A stretch of DNA of 62,874 nt from Gemmatimonadota bacterium (GTDB taxonomy: Bacteria; Latescibacterota; UBA2968; UBA8231), in assembly GCA_038128265.1 (NCBI GenBank), contig JAYPJE010000009.1, forward strand, positions 1 through 62,874, in the 5' to 3' direction. This document shows positions 17,128 to 26,667 of this stretch, one piece after another (positions within the stretch are counted from its first letter, which is position 1; each line of letters opens with the position of its first letter). Made by a program: the position numbers and the translations under genes. The notes beneath the pieces are model-generated. The model worked only from the letters and a program-made list of their open reading frames with translations, was not told the DNA's origin and did not search any database.

Positions 17128-19014
17128 TCACATCCGCTGTAGCAGGCGATTGGCCGCGGCATTATGTGGATCGACGACCAACAGCCTTTCCAACGCCTGA
17201 CGCGCCTTAGACATATCGCCTATGCGCTGGTACGACAGCGCTTTGCTGAGATAGGCTTTACTGTAGCTTGGCTCCAATTCTATCGCGCGCTGAAAGGCGC
17301 GAAGGGATCCCTCGTGATCGCCTTCCTTTTGCAGGGCCAGGCCCAGGTTGTAGTGATGGACCGCGTTGGCTTCGTCGAGTGCCACCGCTTTTCCATACGC
17401 GTCGATAGCCTCTGAAAATACCTCCTGGCGCAGGTAGGCAGTTCCGAGGTTGTTGTAGGCAGGTGCATAGTCAAACTCGCCCACGGCCTGCAAAAAGCGA
17501 TCTTGGGCCTGCTCAAACTCCCCGCGCTGCATTAGGATCAACCCCTGCGCATTGAGCGCTTCGACAAATAGGGGTTTGGCCTCTAGCGCGCGCTGATAGT
17601 ATTCGTGCGCCTCTTCGAGCTGCCCGTGACGCGCATACACCACGCCCATATTTTTTAGCGCCTCATGGCTTTCCGGATCTAACTCAATGGCCCGACGATA
17701 GGCAGAGCTCGCCTTTTCCCAGTCTCCAATGCGCGAATACATAACGCCGCGGTCGTTGTGTGCACCAGGCAAATCGGGAAAGAGTTGGGCCAGCGCATCG
17801 CGCGCCTCTACTTCGTCGGCGTGCCAATAAATCTGCACGGTAGAGAGCAGCAATACGGGAACGGCAAAGTAGAGAAGCTGACGACCCGTTTCGCGAAAGT
17901 ACCCGCTAAAGCGTTCCACTACGCTGCTAACTGCCGCGCGCGCGCCGATTCGATCCCAGCCCGCCTCACCGGCGATTTCCAAATTGGCCTGATTGCGCTT
18001 GTCCCGCATCTTCCAAATAAAACCATCGAAGTAATAGTGCAGGAGGGTCGAAGTAATAACCAACACTTCGACCGCTTTGATCCATGTGGCCCGATCGAGC
18101 CAGTGCAGACTGTAGTTAACCGTGCCGTAGATAAAGCAAATGGCAATATAGCCTACGATAATAGGCATGGACCGACTGGTAAAAAATGCACGCAGCAGGC
18201 GCGAAGTCTTTTCCTGACGGCTGACTAGGTTATTGTTGTAAACCCAGACAATGGCGAAGTATTGAATATCGTGAAAGGCGGCAAAGGCCGCATAGCCGAT
18301 CGTCAAGTCTTTGATGTAAATCCAACCAAAGTAGATGAGGAAAATCGTCGTCGCCATCACGGCGACCTTTGGAAAGCTCACCTTTTGCCTAGTTGCCAAC
18401 CGCCAGATTAGGTTGCCGACGTAGCAAGCGGCAATGACCAACGTCGCGTAGAGTAAAACCTGCTTTACCCACAGCGTTTGCCCCACGCTTAAAAAGGGCA
18501 AGCCTACGTTTTGGTTGTGATCGAGTATGCGATATAGGTATTCAGGGCTATAGACGACCACCGTAACAAAGGCAGCCATTGTCAGCAACCAGTCCCAGCG
18601 CGCGTTCCACTTGGCAAAAATCTTGTTTTTCCCGTCGTAGATGCGCATGATCCCATAGTGCTGCATAAACAGATGCCAAATTTCCCAAAGCAGCACCATG
18701 AGAAAGAGGCCGTGCAAGCTGTTGAACTGAGCCAGGGCCACGACAAAGAGCACGATAATCGGAGCGACGAGAAACTTCTCTTTGAACGTCGCGAAAAGTT
18801 CGGGATCGCCATAGGCTCGCATAAAACCAGGCAAGTGGTGGCCCATGGCAAAAAACGACATGATAAAAAACAGAATGGTCTGAGAGTCAAAGACCGTGCG
18901 CAAAGCCATCATCGGCACTAAGCACAGCAGCGGCGTGCCTACAAAGAACAGCAAGTCGGCGCTGGGTGAAATAATCCATTTCTGATCTCGGTGTACGGCT
19001 ACTGCGCTAGTCAT
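17128..19014 (-). CDS. Polytopic His-motif membrane protein fused to C-terminal TPR repeats
   Basis: About 9-10 TM segments with GHHLPGF, WHLFMQHYG, FHDIQY, LLHYYFDGFIW; six or more TPRs (AHNDRG, ALKNMG, AYNNLG, HHYNLG). Confidence 0.85.
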   Translation of the reverse strand: MTSAVAVHRDQKWIISPSADLLFFVGTPLLCLVPMMALRTVFDSQTILFFIMSFFAMGHHLPGFMRAYGDPELFATFKEKFLVAPIIVLFVVALAQFNSLHGLFLMVLLWEIWHLFMQHYGIMRIYDGKNKIFAKWNARWDWLLTMAAFVTVVVYSPEYLYRILDHNQNVGLPFLSVGQTLWVKQVLLYATLVIAACYVGNLIWRLATRQKVSFPKVAVMATTIFLIYFGWIYIKDLTIGYAAFAAFHDIQYFAIVWVYNNNLVSRQEKTSRLLRAFFTSRSMPIIVGYIAICFIYGTVNYSLHWLDRATWIKAVEVLVITSTLLHYYFDGFIWKMRDKRNQANLEIAGEAGWDRIGARAAVSSVVERFSGYFRETGRQLLYFAVPVLLLSTVQIYWHADEVEARDALAQLFPDLPGAHNDRGVMYSRIGDWEKASSAYRRAIELDPESHEALKNMGVVYARHGQLEEAHEYYQRALEAKPLFVEALNAQGLILMQRGEFEQAQDRFLQAVGEFDYAPAYNNLGTAYLRQEVFSEAIDAYGKAVALDEANAVHHYNLGLALQKEGDHEGSLRAFQRAIELEPSYSKAYLSKALSYQRIGDMSKARQALERLLVVDPHNAAANRLLQRM

Positions 19015-19027
19015 TTTTTGCCAACTC

Positions 19028-21400
19028 CTAATAGGCCACGGCTATCGTGCGCACCGCAGTGTCTTTTCCGGAGGCCGCGCCAATATCTACTTCACAAAGG
19101 TATATGCCAGGCGCAGCACGACCGCCGTCAAGCCTGCGTCCGTCCCACAGGAAACGCGGGCTGTTTGATGGTTCGAAGGCTTCGAGGGCGGCAACGAGGT
19201 TGCCGCCTAAGTCGCGAATCCTCACTACGGGTGCTGCCCGATCAACTTTAAGCAGGGTAAATTGAATTTCTATCTCGTCGTTTATCCCATCCCCATTGGG
19301 TGTAAATACTCCGGGCGAAATACGCAGATCATCGATTAGCGCATCGCTCGTAACGACATCGGGCAAATAGACAATATTGGACTGGCGTCCGGATTCTTCG
19401 ACATTTTGCCAAAGGCCAGGCCGCTCGCTATCGCCAACATCAGCAGCAAATAGAGTGGCATTTTCTACGACGCGCGTAGTGAATTCAACCTCAAGCGAAT
19501 CGCTAAACACCCGCTCGGGCAAGGTCAGCGTCAACAGCGTATCGGAGCTTATCACCTCGTTGGGCAATTGCTCGTCTCCCCCCACGCGCACGATGAGGCT
19601 CTCCCTGTCGATTTGGTCGGGCAAATGCATCCGCAAACGGTCAAACCCCGAGTCCAGATCATCACTCGTCGGCCAGAGCGTATAGGAAAAGCGCGTATCA
19701 ACGTTGACTCCTGCCTGGCGCGGAAGCACCCTGCCCACCGCTCGTTGCACCAAGGCGTCCTCGTATTCTATGGAGAGACCGCTTAGCGCCGGAGCGACCC
19801 GGGGGTCTTCCGTAGACATGATTAATTCCAGTTGGATATATCGACGCGGCGTTTCCGATTTAAACGGTTCGCCGGAAAACTGATAGAAATTGCTCCATTC
19901 GCCCCAGTCCGAGCCGGTCACGACCGTAGTATCCACTTTGCCGCGTAGGACCTTGGGTGAATTCGTCCACTTGAGCTCGGTAGTCTCCGCCCCGGTGCGA
20001 TCGTAATAGGTGTATACCTCGCTCAAATTATTGCCGGAACGCGAACGCAACCGCAGCTTGGTATCGGCCTTGAGATCGGCTTCCCACTGCAATGAGCGGA
20101 TGGCCTTGGGCCGCTGATCCCCGGAAATTGAACCCAAGTCGATAAAGCCAGACCGCAGAACAACTTCGGCCGGATAGCCGGGAGAAAACAGCATGAACTC
20201 CATTGGTTTTGAGAACCAGCCGTTGTCTTCGTGGCCGTGCCAGAAGATGTAGCGCACCTTGCGCGAAGCAAATAGGTAGCGCAGATGCCGCACCTGGCGC
20301 TCGCTGGCAAGCGGCGCATCGATGGCGATTTCCTCGCGCAGAAGCTGGTCGTAATCGAGTTCGCCCCCGGTCGTGCGGCGACCATCCGACGTGAGGATAT
20401 TAAAGCCTCGGCCGTGATGTAAGCCCTCAAATAAGAAGCTCGATAGCGCCTCGCCTCGGTCCTGAAAGTACATGAATATTTCGTCGAGCCAGAACTGGGC
20501 TCCCAAATCTACCTGCCACCACATCCCTCCTTCGCGCCATCCCCCCTTTGTTCCTCCGGAAGTTACTATGACGGCAAAGGTATCCATATTCCCGTCAAAC
20601 ATGTTCTGCGGTTCGCGAGCAAGCAGGCCAAAGTCGAACGATCCACCGCGTTCGAGCGTTCCCAAACTGATATTGTCCCCGGCGGAGATAACCTCTATCT
20701 CACTCAAAGCAACGCCGGGAGATTTCTCATCGACGACCAGGCGAACAAATCGCACGACGCGATAATCCTGTTCGGCACCTAGATCAAGGCCCAGTCCAGG
20801 ATCGATAATCCGCGTCGTATCCAAGGCATCACCAACCATGGGGATAGTGATACGGGTTTCCGTGTTTGGCTTCGTGGTCTGGTATACCTTGCGATAGCGA
20901 AATACGTCGTCCTGGGCCTGTATCCGACTGCCCGTTGAAACAAAGACACTGAATTGCACTAGCGGACTCAGCCCATCGCCGTTTGGAAAGAGCAGGTTGA
21001 TTTCGCGCGCCAACACCGGACGCCCTAGATCGATATCGACCGACCAGTCGACGAGTTGATCTTCGGCGGCTGGCTGCCAGTGCGTCTCTTCGCGGCCGTC
21101 GATGAGAAATTCAGCGGCCGCAGCGTTGCTTCCAGCGCGCCAGATCCCCCCCCGAACATCGCCACGCTTCTGTGTGGGATGCATGAAATTGGCAGCATTT
21201 ACGGCAGCGTTGATCGATTTGTTGAATTTGACCAATTCGATCTGGCCACCAGCCAATACGCGAACGGTGCCCTTGGGCATATCCCACGACTGCCACTTAG
21301 CAGCTGAGTCAAGAGTATATACATCCCCCATAGCCGTAGAAGAGCCTAGCAGCAACAGAGCAATTGTCAGCGCACCGATACAATGCATTCGAAAGATCAC
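19028..21400 (-). CDS. Secreted discoidin-like/FlgD-Ig paralog F
   Basis: Signal peptide, LIDG...W, IDLGRPV, WWQVDLG, FSPGYPAEV, WGEWSNFY, FTPNGDGIND, WDGR, APGIY, ends VAY. Start 21400 (GTG) or 21388 (ATG). Confidence 0.85.
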   Translation of the reverse strand: MIFRMHCIGALTIALLLLGSSTAMGDVYTLDSAAKWQSWDMPKGTVRVLAGGQIELVKFNKSINAAVNAANFMHPTQKRGDVRGGIWRAGSNAAAAEFLIDGREETHWQPAAEDQLVDWSVDIDLGRPVLAREINLLFPNGDGLSPLVQFSVFVSTGSRIQAQDDVFRYRKVYQTTKPNTETRITIPMVGDALDTTRIIDPGLGLDLGAEQDYRVVRFVRLVVDEKSPGVALSEIEVISAGDNISLGTLERGGSFDFGLLAREPQNMFDGNMDTFAVIVTSGGTKGGWREGGMWWQVDLGAQFWLDEIFMYFQDRGEALSSFLFEGLHHGRGFNILTSDGRRTTGGELDYDQLLREEIAIDAPLASERQVRHLRYLFASRKVRYIFWHGHEDNGWFSKPMEFMLFSPGYPAEVVLRSGFIDLGSISGDQRPKAIRSLQWEADLKADTKLRLRSRSGNNLSEVYTYYDRTGAETTELKWTNSPKVLRGKVDTTVVTGSDWGEWSNFYQFSGEPFKSETPRRYIQLELIMSTEDPRVAPALSGLSIEYEDALVQRAVGRVLPRQAGVNVDTRFSYTLWPTSDDLDSGFDRLRMHLPDQIDRESLIVRVGGDEQLPNEVISSDTLLTLTLPERVFSDSLEVEFTTRVVENATLFAADVGDSERPGLWQNVEESGRQSNIVYLPDVVTSDALIDDLRISPGVFTPNGDGINDEIEIQFTLLKVDRAAPVVRIRDLGGNLVAALEAFEPSNSPRFLWDGRRLDGGRAAPGIYLCEVDIGAASGKDTAVRTIAVAY

Positions 21401-21485
21401 CGTGGTATAAGCGATGCTGTTCCCAGCGTTATAGGGAGTATATATGTGTCTGAAATAGGAGACAACCCATTCTAATTAGACGGGC

Positions 21486-23834
21486 TTAATACACAACGGA
21501 CAGCGTGCGCAGCACCGAACCCTCGCCCACGTCCGTCCCCGGCAAAATGCGGCATATATAGGCCCCGGGGGCGACGAGCCTTCCGCCGGCGTCGCGCCCG
21601 TCCCATACAAAGCGCTGTTCATTGCCTACAACAGCCGCTTGGAGGGTCACAAGTTGACGGCCGGCCAAATCGGCGATAACGACCTCGGGCTCGGCATCGC
21701 TCGCCTTGAGCAGGACAAAGCGAATTTCGACGCGGTCGTTTACTCCGTCTCCGTTCGGCGTAACAACCTGTGGAACTACACTTAAATTACTTATAAACTG
21801 CTGCGAGCGCATCAGCTCGGGCACGAACACAATGTTGGCACGCCGCTCGACGGCCTCTACGGACTGCCAGAGTCCGGGCCGATCGAGCCGTCCCAGCTCA
21901 ACGCCGAAAACCGTGGCATTTTGCAGCACGCGGGCGACGAATTCTACTTCGACCGAATCGCTGGTCACCGTTTGCGGCAGATCGATGAACAGGAGCGAAT
22001 CGCCCTCGCTCTGAACACTCATTGGAGCGACATCTACCCCGTCTATGCGCAGCGCAATTTGCGGCTGGTCAACCGCCGACGGCGTATAAAAGCGCAGTCG
22101 ATCAAAACCACTATCGCGATCGTCCGAGCGCGGATACACGGAATACGTGAAACGGGTGTCTTCATTGATCGGCACTTCGCGCGGCTCCACTCGTCCCTGG
22201 GCCAATTGGACGAGGGCATCTTCAAAATCAATCGAAAGCGAATGCACCACGGGAGCTACCCGGAAGTCTTCCGTCGATATAATGAGCTCAAGCTGCACAA
22301 AGCGCCGCGGCGTGTCCGACTGGAATGGCTCGCCGGAAAACTGATAGAAATTGCTCCATTCGCCCCAGTCGCCCCCCGCAATAATCGTCGTATCGACCTT
22401 GCCCTTGAGGACGACGGGCAGCGAGGTCCACTTTGCCTCCGTTATTTCGTCGCCTTTGCGGTCGTAAAACGCATAGACTTCCTGCAGCTCGTTCCCCGAA
22501 CGCGAGCGCAGCTGCAGGCGCGTATTGGGAGGTAAATCGGCCTCCCAATTGAGTGCTTTTATTGCCTTGGGACGGTCGTCGCCCACCAGGCGCCCTAAGT
22601 CAATAAACTCGGACTGAAGCTGCACTTGCGCAGGATATCCAGGCGAGAAAAGCATCAGCTCCATCGGATGGGAAAACCATCCTTGATCGGTTAGCGAATG
22701 CCAGAATAGATAGCGAATTTTTCGCGGGGCAAAGCGATAGCGATGGTGGCGCAGCGCACCCTCTATGCCATTGGAAGGGGCGGGCTCGTAAATCAGGGGG
22801 GTGTAGTCGATATCCCCGGTAATGGTCCGCCGGCCATCCGAGTAGAGCATTTGATATCCCCTACCGGCCTGCAGCCCTTCAAACAGGAAACTGGATAACC
22901 CTTCGCCGCGGTCCTGCCAGTAGATAAAGGCCTCATCCAACCAGAAAAGGGCCCCTAAATCCACTTCCCACCACACGCCGCTTTCGCGCCAACCGCCTTT
23001 GCTCTGAACGGTGAATATGTTCCCGTACGTGTCCATAATGCCATCAAACATATTCTGCGGCTCGCGCGCCAGGAGGCCGTTATCAAATGTCCCCCCGCGT
23101 TCCAAAACACCCAAACTCACATTGTCACCCGCAGCGATAACCTCCACTTCGGCCAGAGCCGCATCCGCCGTTTTCTCGTCTACTCGAATGCGAATAAAGC
23201 GCACGGCGCGAAAGTCATTTAGCTCTGCCAGATCGACGTCGAGGCCCATGTCCACCACGCGTGCGGTATCCTGTTTGCCGATCAATTCTATATCAATCAG
23301 CGTTTCCCGATTCGGCTTGGTCGTGGAGTAGGTCTGCGAATATCTAAACACGTCGTTGGTCGACTGAATCCGCGCCCCTGTGGCGGTAAACACACTAAAT
23401 TGGCGCAGCGGCTGAGCCCCTTCCCGATCGGGGAAATGCAGGCGGATGCGCTCGGCCAACACGGGGCGTCCCAGATCAATCGTGACCACCCAATCGACTA
23501 AATCATCGGATTCGTTGGGAAACCAGACGGTCTCGATATCGCCGTCCATAATGCGCGATGCTGTGCCTGAGTTGGTTCCAACCTGCCATATGCCTCCACG
23601 CACTTCCCCACGCTGCTGCGTTGGCTGTGTAAAAAGAGGTGCGTCAACCGCTGCATTTATTGGCTTACGGTATTGTTTTAGCTCTAATTGACCGCTTTCC
23701 CCAACTACGACAATCCCCTCGGGTATGTTCCAATTCTGCCAAGATTCTGGCGAATTGAATACGATCGTTTCCGCTCTCAGCACACCGCTCCACAGCGAAC
23801 CTATCACAATAGATGCAACGAGCCATCTGAGCAT
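21486..23834 (-). CDS. Secreted discoidin-like/FlgD-Ig paralog E
   Basis: Same motif series as neighbours; VTPNGDGVND; ends VVY. Confidence 0.87.
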   Translation of the reverse strand: MLRWLVASIVIGSLWSGVLRAETIVFNSPESWQNWNIPEGIVVVGESGQLELKQYRKPINAAVDAPLFTQPTQQRGEVRGGIWQVGTNSGTASRIMDGDIETVWFPNESDDLVDWVVTIDLGRPVLAERIRLHFPDREGAQPLRQFSVFTATGARIQSTNDVFRYSQTYSTTKPNRETLIDIELIGKQDTARVVDMGLDVDLAELNDFRAVRFIRIRVDEKTADAALAEVEVIAAGDNVSLGVLERGGTFDNGLLAREPQNMFDGIMDTYGNIFTVQSKGGWRESGVWWEVDLGALFWLDEAFIYWQDRGEGLSSFLFEGLQAGRGYQMLYSDGRRTITGDIDYTPLIYEPAPSNGIEGALRHHRYRFAPRKIRYLFWHSLTDQGWFSHPMELMLFSPGYPAQVQLQSEFIDLGRLVGDDRPKAIKALNWEADLPPNTRLQLRSRSGNELQEVYAFYDRKGDEITEAKWTSLPVVLKGKVDTTIIAGGDWGEWSNFYQFSGEPFQSDTPRRFVQLELIISTEDFRVAPVVHSLSIDFEDALVQLAQGRVEPREVPINEDTRFTYSVYPRSDDRDSGFDRLRFYTPSAVDQPQIALRIDGVDVAPMSVQSEGDSLLFIDLPQTVTSDSVEVEFVARVLQNATVFGVELGRLDRPGLWQSVEAVERRANIVFVPELMRSQQFISNLSVVPQVVTPNGDGVNDRVEIRFVLLKASDAEPEVVIADLAGRQLVTLQAAVVGNEQRFVWDGRDAGGRLVAPGAYICRILPGTDVGEGSVLRTLSVVY

Positions 23835-23956
23835 GGTTTACGCCCTCTGCCAGTCTTACTTCATATCGCGGTTAAGAAATATCCATGGGTAATGTACAAC
23901 AATTGACGGGCGCTTTCAAACACTGTTACGCGCCGAAAACGCACCTCTTCGCAAGC

Positions 23957-24004
23957 AAAAAAGGAGGGGATCGCAGCGCACACGGCACGTGCCATCCCCT
24001 CTCC
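23957..24004 (-). terminator. Putative intrinsic terminator
   Basis: GAGGGGAT/ATCCCCTC stem followed by T6 on the minus strand just after the stop at 24027. Confidence 0.55.
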
Positions 24005-24024
24005 CTATCGCACCTTTCAGAACC

Positions 24025-26405
24025 CGTCAGTAGGCGACGGATACCGTGTGCAGCTGCGTGGCATCACCAGCGGCCGCATTGGCATCAATTCGGTAGAGAT
24101 ACACCCCCGGAGCCACGCGCTGACCCGTCTCATCGCGCCCGTCCCAAACAAAGCGACGCGCAGGACCCGTAGACACTCCGGCCAAACGGACCACCACCCG
24201 ACCCGACATATCCAGCACCTGCACCTGGGGTTCCACTGCATCGGCCTTGAGCAGCACAAAGCTCAGCGACAGCGCATCGTTGACCCCATCCCCGTTGGGC
24301 GTAAACGCACGACCCGATATCTGCAAATCGTCAATCAAGCGATCCGTCGCCACCAGATCCGGCAGCAGCACCACGTTCGAGCGACGCGCCGCCGGTTCGA
24401 CATCCTGCCACAAATCCGGCGATGCGCTCGAGCCCAAATCAAGCTCAATCACAGAGGCGTTGCGCACCAAGCGCGTCGTAAAGCCGACCGATACCGAATC
24501 GCCCAACACCGCATCCGACAGCGAGACCAGCAGCGAATCGCCCTCCACCTGCACCGAAAGCGGCTCGATGACCTGTTGACCAACGGTCACTGCCACATCC
24601 TCAACGGACAGCAGGTCCGGCACCACGAAGCGCAGGCGGTCAAAGCCGGCATTGCCGCTGCGCGCGTCCGGCCACAGCGTGTAGGTAAAACGCGTGTCCT
24701 CGTTGGGCTTGGCACTGCGCGGATGGATCGTACCGCGCGCCCCGTTGACCAGCGCATCGACATACTCCAGCGACACCGAGCGAACCAGCGGTGCCACTTC
24801 GTAGTCCTCCGTGGCCAGGATCAGCTCAAGCTGCACAAAGCGACGCGGGCTGTCCGACTGAAACGACTCGCCCGAAAACTTGTACTCGTTGCTCCACTCG
24901 CTCCAATCCTCGCCCACCACGATCGTCGTGTCGACCGGGCCGCGCAGCACCTTGGGCGAGCTATTCCATTTCTCTTCCGTAACGATCTCGCCGATCTTGT
25001 TGCGGAACGTATACTCTTCGCCCTGCTCGTTGCCCGAGCGCGTGCGCAGCTCGATGCGCGCTCCCGGCGGCAGATCGGCATCCCAGTGCACCGCCTTGAT
25101 CACCTTGGGCTGGCCATCGCCAGCAAGCTGACCCAGGTTGATAAAGTCCGAGCGCAGCACCACTTCGGCCGGATACCCCGGCGAATACATGTGAAATTCC
25201 ATCGGGTGAGCCCGCCAGCCCAGATCGTGCAGCGCCAGCCAGAAAATGTGCCGCACTTTGCGCGGATTAAACAGATAGCGGTAGTGTCGCTTAAACTGCT
25301 CGCGGACATTGGTCCACTCGGGCTCAAAGATCCACTCAGTATAGTCAATGTCGCCTGAAAGCGTGCGCGTGCCGTCCGAAGAGAAAAACGTGTAACCGGT
25401 GCCGGCATTATTCGTTCCTAAACTAAAGGTAGCCAGGCGCTCGCCGGCTTTCTGCCAGTACATAAACGCGTCGTCGACCCAGTAAGTCACCCCCAAATCC
25501 ACCTGCCACCACAGACCGCCCTCAAAGGCCGTCCCGCGCGATTCGGTAAACTGCTGGTGCACTTCCACTACGCCGTAGGTGTTTAAATTGCCGTCCAGCC
25601 AGTAGAGGGGATCTGTCGCACGCGAGCCGTTGACATACGATCCACCGCGCGACTCCACGCCCAGGCTAATATTGTCGCCGACTGTGATCACCTCCAGCTC
25701 GGCCAGCGCGCCGTCCAACTGCTGCTCATCGGCGATAAAGCGCACAAACTGCACCATCTGCCACTCCGAGTTGACCGCCACGACTTCCGCATCGCCGACC
25801 AATCCCTGCACGTCGGCCTCCGTCCGCCCCATGGCCACCGCCAGCGCACGTCGCTCGTCCGTCAGCACCTCCAAAACGCGGGCCGTATCCTCTTCGGCCG
25901 GGCGAAAACCAAAGCGAACCAGCGCGTCTCGGTTCGGCTCCGTCGTCCGGTAGACCGGATTAAAGCGAAATACATCGTCTTTCGCCGACACATGGGCGCC
26001 GGTCGCGGTAAATACACTGAACTGGCGGAAGGGACGCGCCCCCTCTTCGTCGGGAAAGTGCAGGCGGATTTCCTTGACCAATACCGCCCGGCCCAGATCG
26101 ATCTGAACGATCCACTGATCCACCGAATCGTCCCCGTCCGGCTGCCAATACGTCGTGCGATCGCCGTCTATCAGCAGCGGCGCATCGCGCTCGTTGCTCA
26201 GCGCAGACCAGATGCCACCGCTGACGTCACCCCGCTCGTTCGATGGGTGCGTAAACAGATGCGCATCCTGCGTGGCGTTGATATCCTTGCGAAATTTGAC
26301 CAGACCCAAATGCCCCGCCGCATCGAATACCGTGATCCCCGGCTTCATCTCCCACGTGCTGCGCCAGGAACTCGGATCGCCAAACGTCAGCATATCACCG
26401 CCGGC
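24025..26405. repeat. Direct repeat copy 1 (about 2.38 kb)
   Basis: Matches 26668-29048 at offset 2643; only two differences seen (26367/29010 and 26397/29040, both synonymous). Confidence 0.95.
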
Positions 26406-26471
26406 AGGGGAACCCAATGCAATCATTCCAAACAGCCCGCAGGCAACAAACAGTTTCTCGTATGTCGGCAT
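24027..26471 (-). CDS. Secreted discoidin-like/FlgD-Ig paralog D (814 aa; duplicate copy 1)
   Basis: Start MPTYEKLFVACG after a GAGGGT RBS-like site; same length and same mature sequence as 26670-29114. Confidence 0.87.
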   Translation of the reverse strand: MPTYEKLFVACGLFGMIALGSPAGGDMLTFGDPSSWRSTWEMKPGITVFDAAGHLGLVKFRKDINATQDAHLFTHPSNERGDVSGGIWSALSNERDAPLLIDGDRTTYWQPDGDDSVDQWIVQIDLGRAVLVKEIRLHFPDEEGARPFRQFSVFTATGAHVSAKDDVFRFNPVYRTTEPNRDALVRFGFRPAEEDTARVLEVLTDERRALAVAMGRTEADVQGLVGDAEVVAVNSEWQMVQFVRFIADEQQLDGALAELEVITVGDNISLGVESRGGSYVNGSRATDPLYWLDGNLNTYGVVEVHQQFTESRGTAFEGGLWWQVDLGVTYWVDDAFMYWQKAGERLATFSLGTNNAGTGYTFFSSDGTRTLSGDIDYTEWIFEPEWTNVREQFKRHYRYLFNPRKVRHIFWLALHDLGWRAHPMEFHMYSPGYPAEVVLRSDFINLGQLAGDGQPKVIKAVHWDADLPPGARIELRTRSGNEQGEEYTFRNKIGEIVTEEKWNSSPKVLRGPVDTTIVVGEDWSEWSNEYKFSGESFQSDSPRRFVQLELILATEDYEVAPLVRSVSLEYVDALVNGARGTIHPRSAKPNEDTRFTYTLWPDARSGNAGFDRLRFVVPDLLSVEDVAVTVGQQVIEPLSVQVEGDSLLVSLSDAVLGDSVSVGFTTRLVRNASVIELDLGSSASPDLWQDVEPAARRSNVVLLPDLVATDRLIDDLQISGRAFTPNGDGVNDALSLSFVLLKADAVEPQVQVLDMSGRVVVRLAGVSTGPARRFVWDGRDETGQRVAPGVYLYRIDANAAAGDATQLHTVSVAY

Positions 26472-26602
26472 AGTCAAATTACACCCTCGTTTTCTAGCGA
26501 AACAAGCCGCCCAATTCACGGCACGAACCCACTGGGGGTATTCCAAGAAAATACAAATAGGATCCGCTAATTCAATAGCCCTTTTTCGGTTATATACGGC
26601 AC

Positions 26603-26641
26603 AAAAAAGGGATGGCAACCCCTTGTCGGAGCCACCATCCC
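26603..26641 (-). terminator. Putative intrinsic terminator
   Basis: GGGATGG/CCATCCC stem followed by T6 on the minus strand after the stop at 26670. Confidence 0.55.
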
Positions 26642-26667
26642 ACTGTGCGAGCTACCATGCCGATGGG

